This document shows positions 57,829 through 64,000 of a DNA stretch of 64,000 nt, piece after piece. The notes under the pieces are model-generated. The model did not search any database and was not told the origin of the DNA. It saw only the letters and a list, made by a program, of their open reading frames with translations. The translations under genes and the position numbers were made by a program. Each line of letters opens with the position of its first letter. Positions within the stretch are counted from its first letter, which is position 1. The stretch spans positions 128,001 to 192,000 of the forward strand of contig CAVTBV010000012.1 in assembly GCA_963733095.1 (NCBI GenBank). Reading direction: 5' to 3'. This DNA is from Candidatus Bathyarchaeota archaeon (GTDB taxonomy: Archaea > Thermoproteota > Bathyarchaeia > Bathyarchaeales > Bathycorpusculaceae).

Positions 57829-58522
57829 CGTTCAGTTTCCCCACAGCTATGTACAATTCCTCAGTTTCCTCATTCTGCCAGAGGCTAACTAAGCCATCCT
57901 GCGCAAGGAACAACAAATAAATAAACATTCGCAAAGCTTCAATTCGCGTTGCACCCTTCGAGAGAGTTGAAAAATCAATTATACCCTGACCACCCGTTTT
58001 CTCGACAAGTATAGCGTACAACTGGTCAACCTGCAACTCAAGTTCCGCGATGAACCTGTCAAACTGGGGCAGCAAATCGGTGACCGCCGGCAACACGGGA
58101 TGCTGTTCAACTACATGATTGAGGCTGAGCAGTTTTTCGCCCTTCAATACATCATCTAAAACCTCTAGCAAGTGCTGTATGGTTGTTGAAGTTAACTCGT
58201 GCCGCAACGGCAAGAATAAAGGCGGAGGAACAAAATCCGTTGGAACCTTAGGTAATGCTGTTGGCGGCTCCTGCAAAGTAAGCAAAAGCTTAGACTTCAT
58301 CAAATAAATCAAAGCTGAAGAATCCAACGCTACGCCTGAAGCGCGGAAATCCACTTTTTGGGGGTGTGTTCGCTCCATCTCCAACAGAAATGACCTGAGC
58401 AAATACGCTATGTTAACGTTCCAAGGGGTAACCTTCTCAAGCTTGCTAATCTCGAAGAGAATATTCCAGGGTGGTCGTAAGTAGAAGGGTCTTCTCATCG
58501 GTGACGACGGCGCAAAAGCCAT
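57800..58522 (-). CDS. scpA: Segregation/condensation kleisin ScpA
   Basis: PWNVNI, SGVAL.SSA....KS..LL, FIYLLFLA...LWQ.E; between smc and scpB. Confidence 0.85.
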   Translation of the reverse strand: MAFAPSSPMRRPFYLRPPWNILFEISKLEKVTPWNVNIAYLLRSFLLEMERTHPQKVDFRASGVALDSSALIYLMKSKLLLTLQEPPTALPKVPTDFVPPPLFLPLRHELTSTTIQHLLEVLDDVLKGEKLLSLNHVVEQHPVLPAVTDLLPQFDRFIAELELQVDQLYAILVEKTGGQGIIDFSTLSKGATRIEALRMFIYLLFLAQDGLVSLWQNEETEELYIAVGKLNVGKAEKPIK

Positions 58523-61500
58523 TATTTTGCTACCTCCGGAGGAAACTTTGCTGTCACCACATTTGAGATGCCGTTGCGTTCGTAGACACCGTAGACTTTT
58601 TGGGCTTTGTTCACCATTTCAGGACGCAGGCTGATGACTATGAACTGGATTTTTTCTGCTTCTTCAAGAAGCGTTTCCGCAAGTTTTGTTGTGTGGAAGG
58701 CATCTAAGTGAGCATCAACTTCGTCGAGGATGTAGAAGGACGCAGGAGTGAACTCTTTGAGCGAAAATATGAAAGCGACCGCTGAAACGGAGCGTTCACC
58801 GCCGCTGGCTCCACTCACAACGATTGAAGGTTTATTTGGGAACTGCACGACCATGTCTATGCCGCCGCTGAAGGGTTCTTCCGGATTTTCGAGCTTAAGC
58901 GTAGCTTCTCCGCCGCCCGTGAGCTTGTCGAAGTAGACTTTGAGGCTCGTGTTGATCTTGTCGAATGCCTCCATGAAGACCTTGCGTTTTTTAGATTCAA
59001 TCTCATCCATAAACAATACGATAGCTTGCTTTTCCCGTTCCAACTCGTTTAAGCGCACGGACAATTCTCGGTACCGTGAAATCTGCTCTGAGTAGTGGGA
59101 TGCGGCAAGCTGGTTGATGGCGCCTATGCGCTCCATTTCAAATTGCATCATACGAATTGTGGTTTCTGCTTCCTGCACTTGGCGCGGGTTAGTTTCTAGA
59201 GGCTGCTCATAACCGAACGTTCTAAGTTGATTTTGAAGCTGCTGCAAACGTAGCTGGCTAGTTTCAATGCCGAGTTGAAGCTGGTTTAGAATCTTTTCCG
59301 CTTGTTCGTACTCTGAATCCAGCAGCCGCAGTTCCGAGTCTATGGAGTCAATTTGGGAAGTGAATTTTTTGGATTCCTCACGAGCAGAAAACACAGCCTC
59401 AGAGAGATCCACACGGCTCTTTTCCAGTTCATCAGCTTCTTTTTTGATTGTTTCTCGCGCCAAAAGTGCATCGGCAACTTCTTTCTCAAGCTTATGCTGC
59501 TGCTGGTCAACCTTTGATAGCTGAATCTTTGTGTTCTTGTAACCGATGCGCAGGACTCTGTCGAATTGTGACTGGTGAGTTGAAATTTCTGTTTGCGCAG
59601 AACCCAACCTTTGGCGCAGGGTGTTTAGTTCTTCGCCGATTTTTTCGCGTTGAACTTCGAGCTCCTGGATGTGGGCTACATCTGTTTTTAATCTTAGGGC
59701 AGCGATTTCTGCGTGGATTTTTTGGTGGTTTCTTCGGATAGCGTTTCGTTCGTTTCGGTAAACGTCCATACGTCCTTTGTAGGATGCAGCTTCTCGTTCA
59801 AGTTTGCCGCCGTACTTTTCGAGGTGGCGTATGTTGAATTGGGTTCTTTTAACGCCGCGTTTTACTCGAATAATTTCTCTCTCAAGGGTGGCGACGGATT
59901 CTGTTAGTTTTGTGATGGCGATTTTGGTGTATTCGAGTTCTTCCTCGATACCTATAATGTCTGTGCCGCGTTGTGCGAGGTGGGTGCGGAGGGCTTTAAC
60001 GGCTTCATCTAAACTGCTTAGTGCCTTTTCGCTCGGAATTATGGTGGAAAAGTCTATTGGTGCTCGGTAGTAGCCGCTTTCGAATGCTCCTGGCTCATAC
60101 AGGTCTCCGCTAACCGTTACTGCGCGGTAGCCTTCGTTTGAAAGGGCAAAAGCGGCTTTGTCGTTTGAGACGACTACTGTGTCTCCGAAAACATAGTTTA
60201 CCGCAAGCTCAAAAGCGCCATCGTACTTCATGAAGCTTGAAAGAGGACCCACTATGCCTTCCCGCTTTGGTGGTTCCTTGTTTTTTATTTTTATTGCACC
60301 TTGAAGCGGTATGAGTTTTATCCTGCCCAGTTTCATACGTCTGAGCGTTTCCATGCAGGTGAAGGCTATGTCGATGTCTTTAACAACTAAGGCATCAAGC
60401 CAGCCTGTAGCGGCTGCATCGACGGCTTTTTTGTAGCTTTTATCAATTTTTATCAGGTTCCTTAGCCTGCCATGAATACCAGAGATTGCGCCTACATCAC
60501 CCATTTCCTCGATGCCGCGAAGCGCTTTCTCTTCATTAGCAATGGTGGCGGCAAGGTCCCTTTGTGTAGCAAACTCTATTACGGCATCTTTGGCGGAACT
60601 AGCAATTTTTTCTGCATCCGTGATTTCTTTTTGAACGGTTTCCTTCTGTGCTTTTTTGCGTTCAATCGTGTGCTCAAGGTTCTTAAGCTGGGCTTTCTGG
60701 TCCTTTTGGACCTGCTCGAGTTCAGCGAGGGATTTCTCGATTTCAACTTGGCTTGCCTGAAACCTTTCTTTTCGCACAGACAAGTTTTTTATTCGCCCAG
60801 TACAAAGCCGCAGTGCCGACTTGTCCTGGGTGTATTCTGAGCGTAAATAGGCGATTCGTTTAACGTGGTTTTCAATTTGGCCTTCCAATGCACGTATCTG
60901 CAGGTTGTTCTCGTCGAGTCCGCCCCAAAGCTGGCTAGTTTCCTGCGCCAACGCTGAGTGTGCAGCTTCTTTTTCTGCGATTTGGGCTTTGAGTTTTTCA
61001 TGTTCATTGCGGAATTGTCGGATTTTTAACCGGTTCTCCCTAATCTCATTTCGCAAGTTCTCATATTGTGAGAGGTTGTTTTCGCGGACACGCTTAAAAC
61101 TGTCCAGACTCGATTGCCCAGAACTGATTTTGGTGTTTAACTCGGTAAGCTTTGATTTTAGCTCTCCAATTTTTATCTGAACCTTAAGAACTTCGGAACC
61201 TCCCTGTTCAAGGCCTTCGCCGCTGAGTTTTCGCCAGTCGCCTTCGATTTCGTGGCGTTTGCTTCTGCGGAGGTCGCGTTGCTCTTTTAGTTTGTCCACG
61301 CGTTCCTTGACCTTTTGGGTTTGGGAGGTATTTTCATTTATCTTTGCGTTCTGTTGAGTGATGTCGTTTGAGATTTTTATAGCTTGGAACTTTTTGGTTT
61401 CAGTTTGGATAAAGTTGTAGCGTAAAAGTTGGTTGCGTTCACGTTCGAGATCGTCGAGGCGTTTTTGGACCTCGTCGATTCTGCCCATAGCGGTTCGGAT

Positions 61501-62073
61501 TGAAATGTCTGCGGCACGCAGTTTATCTTCTGCTTCTATCTTTTCGTCGTCGTATTGGGCTATCCCGATAAGGTCTTCGATGATTTTTCTTCTCTCGACC
61601 GAGTTTAGATCGGTTAATCGTGTAATTGTCCCTTGGGGAATGATGTTTTGGCTCATGCTACTGATTGCGGCAATAGACAAGGTTTCTGTGATATGGGTAC
61701 GGGACATTCGACGTCCGTTTAAGCGGTAAACGCTCTGCCCGTTTCGGTAGACCTCGCGGGAAATCGTCACTGTTGTAGTGTCAACGGGCATTATTCCGTC
61801 GGAGTTATCGAATTGGACAACTACCTTTGCCATTTTTGCTTTTTCTTGTCCAGCCTTCTCTGAACCGTGAAAAATCAATTTAGCCGAGTTTTCGGCACGA
61901 AGCCTCTTTGTGCTAAGTTCTCCAAGCGAAAAAAGCAGTGCATCCATGATGTTGGTTTTACCGCTTCCGTTGGGTCCAGTTATCGCTGTAAAACCCTTAT
62001 CTAGGTTTACTTTAACTGTCTGTGGTCCAAAAGACTTAAAGCCTTTTAACTCAATTTTTTTTATGTAGGGCAT
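58522..62073 (-). CDS. smc: Chromosome segregation protein SMC
   Basis: GFKSF, GPNGSGKTN, hinge, SGGERS, LDEVDAHLD, long coiled coils. Confidence 0.97.
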   Translation of the reverse strand: MPYIKKIELKGFKSFGPQTVKVNLDKGFTAITGPNGSGKTNIMDALLFSLGELSTKRLRAENSAKLIFHGSEKAGQEKAKMAKVVVQFDNSDGIMPVDTTTVTISREVYRNGQSVYRLNGRRMSRTHITETLSIAAISSMSQNIIPQGTITRLTDLNSVERRKIIEDLIGIAQYDDEKIEAEDKLRAADISIRTAMGRIDEVQKRLDDLERERNQLLRYNFIQTETKKFQAIKISNDITQQNAKINENTSQTQKVKERVDKLKEQRDLRRSKRHEIEGDWRKLSGEGLEQGGSEVLKVQIKIGELKSKLTELNTKISSGQSSLDSFKRVRENNLSQYENLRNEIRENRLKIRQFRNEHEKLKAQIAEKEAAHSALAQETSQLWGGLDENNLQIRALEGQIENHVKRIAYLRSEYTQDKSALRLCTGRIKNLSVRKERFQASQVEIEKSLAELEQVQKDQKAQLKNLEHTIERKKAQKETVQKEITDAEKIASSAKDAVIEFATQRDLAATIANEEKALRGIEEMGDVGAISGIHGRLRNLIKIDKSYKKAVDAAATGWLDALVVKDIDIAFTCMETLRRMKLGRIKLIPLQGAIKIKNKEPPKREGIVGPLSSFMKYDGAFELAVNYVFGDTVVVSNDKAAFALSNEGYRAVTVSGDLYEPGAFESGYYRAPIDFSTIIPSEKALSSLDEAVKALRTHLAQRGTDIIGIEEELEYTKIAITKLTESVATLEREIIRVKRGVKRTQFNIRHLEKYGGKLEREAASYKGRMDVYRNERNAIRRNHQKIHAEIAALRLKTDVAHIQELEVQREKIGEELNTLRQRLGSAQTEISTHQSQFDRVLRIGYKNTKIQLSKVDQQQHKLEKEVADALLARETIKKEADELEKSRVDLSEAVFSAREESKKFTSQIDSIDSELRLLDSEYEQAEKILNQLQLGIETSQLRLQQLQNQLRTFGYEQPLETNPRQVQEAETTIRMMQFEMERIGAINQLAASHYSEQISRYRELSVRLNELEREKQAIVLFMDEIESKKRKVFMEAFDKINTSLKVYFDKLTGGGEATLKLENPEEPFSGGIDMVVQFPNKPSIVVSGASGGERSVSAVAFIFSLKEFTPASFYILDEVDAHLDAFHTTKLAETLLEEAEKIQFIVISLRPEMVNKAQKVYGVYERNGISNVVTAKFPPEVAK

Positions 62074-62381
62074 TTAGTCTTTATCCTCTCGGAAGCAATG
62101 TTTTTCTTTTTAACATCTCTCGTCAACATACGTATAAAAGCTTATTCAATACCTTCTGCGTTTACACGTATATTGCATGTTTGAGAACCTTTTCGGTTTC
62201 TTATAGAAATTATGCTGACAACATTTAAAGTCATTTCGTCATACTTAAGCTAACCATACTCTGTTGCTTCTTCATGCGTGGCAACTTTTTAGAAATGGTT
62301 GTTTTTCCGAAACCTGTAGCGCTATTATAAAAAAATGAATTCAAAAAAGGGAACTTACGGAGAGCAAGATATAAGTTTTTT

Positions 62382-62708
62382 TTATCTTGCCCAGCAGGGT
62401 CCATACCCATAGCCGTATCCGTAGCCGTAGTTGCCTTGGTAGGGTGCGTTTGGTGCGGGGGTTGAGCTGTCTGTTTGGGGTGCTTGTGGCGCCGTGTATG
62501 GACTGCTGCTGAGGTATGGTTGGTTTGCTGCGTAGCCGAAGCATTGTCCTATCCAGCCAAAGAAGCCTCCGTTGTTAGGTGCTGGCGTGTTGGGGGTTGT
62601 GCCTGTGTAGGTTTGGTTGGCTGCTATTTGGGCTGAAGCTAATCCGACTGCAACCAGGGTTATGGCCGCGACTGCGACTAGGGCTATTACGATTTTTGTT
62701 GTGTTCAT
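62382..62708 (-). CDS. Secreted or membrane-anchored low-complexity Gly/Tyr/Pro-rich protein
   Basis: MNTTKIVIALVAVAA signal; ends YGYGYGYGYGPCWAR; start reassigned to ATG 62708. Confidence 0.7.
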   Translation of the reverse strand: MNTTKIVIALVAVAAITLVAVGLASAQIAANQTYTGTTPNTPAPNNGGFFGWIGQCFGYAANQPYLSSSPYTAPQAPQTDSSTPAPNAPYQGNYGYGYGYGYGPCWAR

Positions 62709-62925
62709 ATTGTTTATCACTATATTACCATATGTGCATGGATGCTTATGGTAGTTGGCTGAAACAAAACTGAAACAACCAGTGAAACAGTTATTTTCCT
62801 GATTTTTAGCGTAACTCCAATAAATACTGAAACTGTTTAGAGGCTTCATCAAGCGTTTTCGCAAGTTTTCAGTGAATTCTTTTATTCCAACTTGTCTTTA
62901 GTTTAAGTGATGAGAAGGTAACAGA

Positions 62926-63375
62926 ATGGTTAAGATCAAAATAGGTGACAAAGCGCCTGACTTTACTCTCAAAGCAAATACAGGCCAGGACATCACTTTG
63001 TCACAGTTTTTTGGAAAAAAGAACATAGTCATTTTCTTTTATCCAAGAGATGAAGGACCCACATGCGTCAAAGAAGCACAGGCATTCAGAAACAACTATG
63101 AAACATTCAAGAAAAAAGATGCAGAAGTAATTGGAGTAAGTGCCCAAAGCGTGGAATCGCACGAGAAATTTGCCCATCACCATAATCTTCAATACCTCTT
63201 GTTGAGCGACGAAGATAACCGCATTCGAAAGTTATACGGGGTTGCATCTACGCTGGGCGTCCCTGGAAGGGCAACTTTCGTTATCGATAAAAAAGACATA
63301 ATTAAGCATGTTTTCGTTTCGCAGATTCAATTTACCAAGCACGCAAATGAAGCGTTAGGTGCATTGAGGGAGTAG
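62926..63375 (+). CDS. bcp: Peroxiredoxin, BCP/PrxQ family
   Basis: GDKAPDF, FFYPRDEGPTCVKEA, VIGVS, RATFVID. Confidence 0.92.
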   Translation: MVKIKIGDKAPDFTLKANTGQDITLSQFFGKKNIVIFFYPRDEGPTCVKEAQAFRNNYETFKKKDAEVIGVSAQSVESHEKFAHHHNLQYLLLSDEDNRIRKLYGVASTLGVPGRATFVIDKKDIIKHVFVSQIQFTKHANEALGALRE

Positions 63376-63433
63376 CCGCCCTTTACTTGGTCTTGAGCGC
63401 TTTGAAAATAAAAAAATATCGGAGTGTTGGGTA

Positions 63434-63568
63434 TGCTGAGGCTCTGGCTTAAAGGAGAAAAGAGCAAATGCAAAAGCTCTTTTGAATACAGCTATTTCGT
63501 GAATTGATAGCCAGAACCTACTCAGCCCCAACTCTTCACCGATGCAATTCAAGACTAAAAAAGGGGAA
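63434..63568 (-). repeat. Conserved structured non-coding element, copy 2 (candidate ncRNA)
   Basis: Near-identical to 47521-47655; same position 3' of a paralogous gene. Confidence 0.8.
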
Positions 63569-63589
63569 AGATAATTTTGTTGCATTTTC

Positions 63590-64000
63590 TTATTGTTTCT
63601 TTCGCAGCATCAATAATGCAAGTACAAAGCCAATTGCAACGATTGCAGCAAATAGACCTGCAATTGCTGGAACGAAGTATTGGTCAGCCGTTGATTTCAC
63701 GGCGATTGGTGATGGAGTTGCGGTTGGCGCGGCTGGATCGACTGCGAATGCGGTTTCTGCTTGGGATGGCCAGTATGATTCGCTGCCGCCGAATCTCGCG
63801 TAGACGGTGTATTTACCGTCGATGTCGGGTTTCCATTGGAGACTGTAGAACCCTGCTGCGTCGGTTGTGGTTGTGCCGATTTCGCGGAAGTTACCGTTAG
63901 AGTCAAGGACACTTATAGTAACTAAGACGCCTGTGGCGTTATTGGGTTTTGGCTGTTGCATGTAGACGTATTCCATCCATGCACTTTGGCTTTCGTCGGA
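63590..64000 (-). CDS. C-terminal part of a second PQQ-like beta-propeller surface protein (partial)
   Basis: WMEYVY...GVLVTISVLDSNGNFREIGTTT...YFVPAIAGLF; clear paralog of 47679..50243. Confidence 0.88.
   Translation of the reverse strand, partial: SDESQSAWMEYVYMQQPKPNNATGVLVTISVLDSNGNFREIGTTTTDAAGFYSLQWKPDIDGKYTVYARFGGSESYWPSQAETAFAVDPAAPTATPSPIAVKSTADQYFVPAIAGLFAAIVAIGFVLALLMLRKKQ

Noticed and set aside
57175-62073. smc-scpA-scpB as a Wadjet/MksBEF defence system
   Set aside because: Canonical SMC with hinge in a housekeeping context and no JetD/Toprim partner.
1-64000. CRISPR array, tRNA or rRNA genes
   Set aside because: No regularly spaced repeat-spacer units, cloverleaf-compatible sequence or rRNA-like stretch seen by eye.

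Overview
Archaeal genomic DNA. Gene content suggests a Bathyarchaeia-like TACK archaeon (inference): thermosome, rps8e, SRP19, non-discriminating GluRS, archaeal modified mevalonate pathway, SMC-ScpAB, PQQ-like beta-propeller surface proteins and a MASE3/PocR kinase. Layout: (1) 1-~3.4 kb is the edge of a probable mobile element, with an unannotated DEDD 3'-5' exonuclease/PolB-like gene start, Cys-rich ORFs and a divergent HTH gene with twin palindromic operators. (2) 3.4-12.1 kb holds core genes (SAMP/MoaD, kinase, MEMO, rps2, eno, mvk). (3) ~12.2-44.5 kb is an AT-richer accessory island that separates mvk from the other mevalonate genes. It encodes stress, dormancy and glycogen functions (H+-ATPase, PGM, YHS-phosphorylase, thermosome, Hsp20, CBS-HPF hibernation-like factor, second enolase, GT4, D-LDH), many small membrane or hydrophilic proteins and several pseudogenes. 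(4) 44.5-64 kb holds core genes (AMPD/PMDh, ipk-fni-GGPPS-gltX-srp19, rps8e, smc-scpA-scpB, bcp) plus two beta-propeller surface-protein genes. Main novel signals: a 22-bp imperfect palindrome (GTTGCTGTG-N4-CACAGTCAC) found 8 times, mostly 6 bp upstream of TATA-like boxes of small stress-type genes (a candidate archaeal general-stress activator regulon); and a conserved, strand-specific structured ~92-nt element downstream of both beta-propeller genes. No rRNA, tRNA or CRISPR array was seen.
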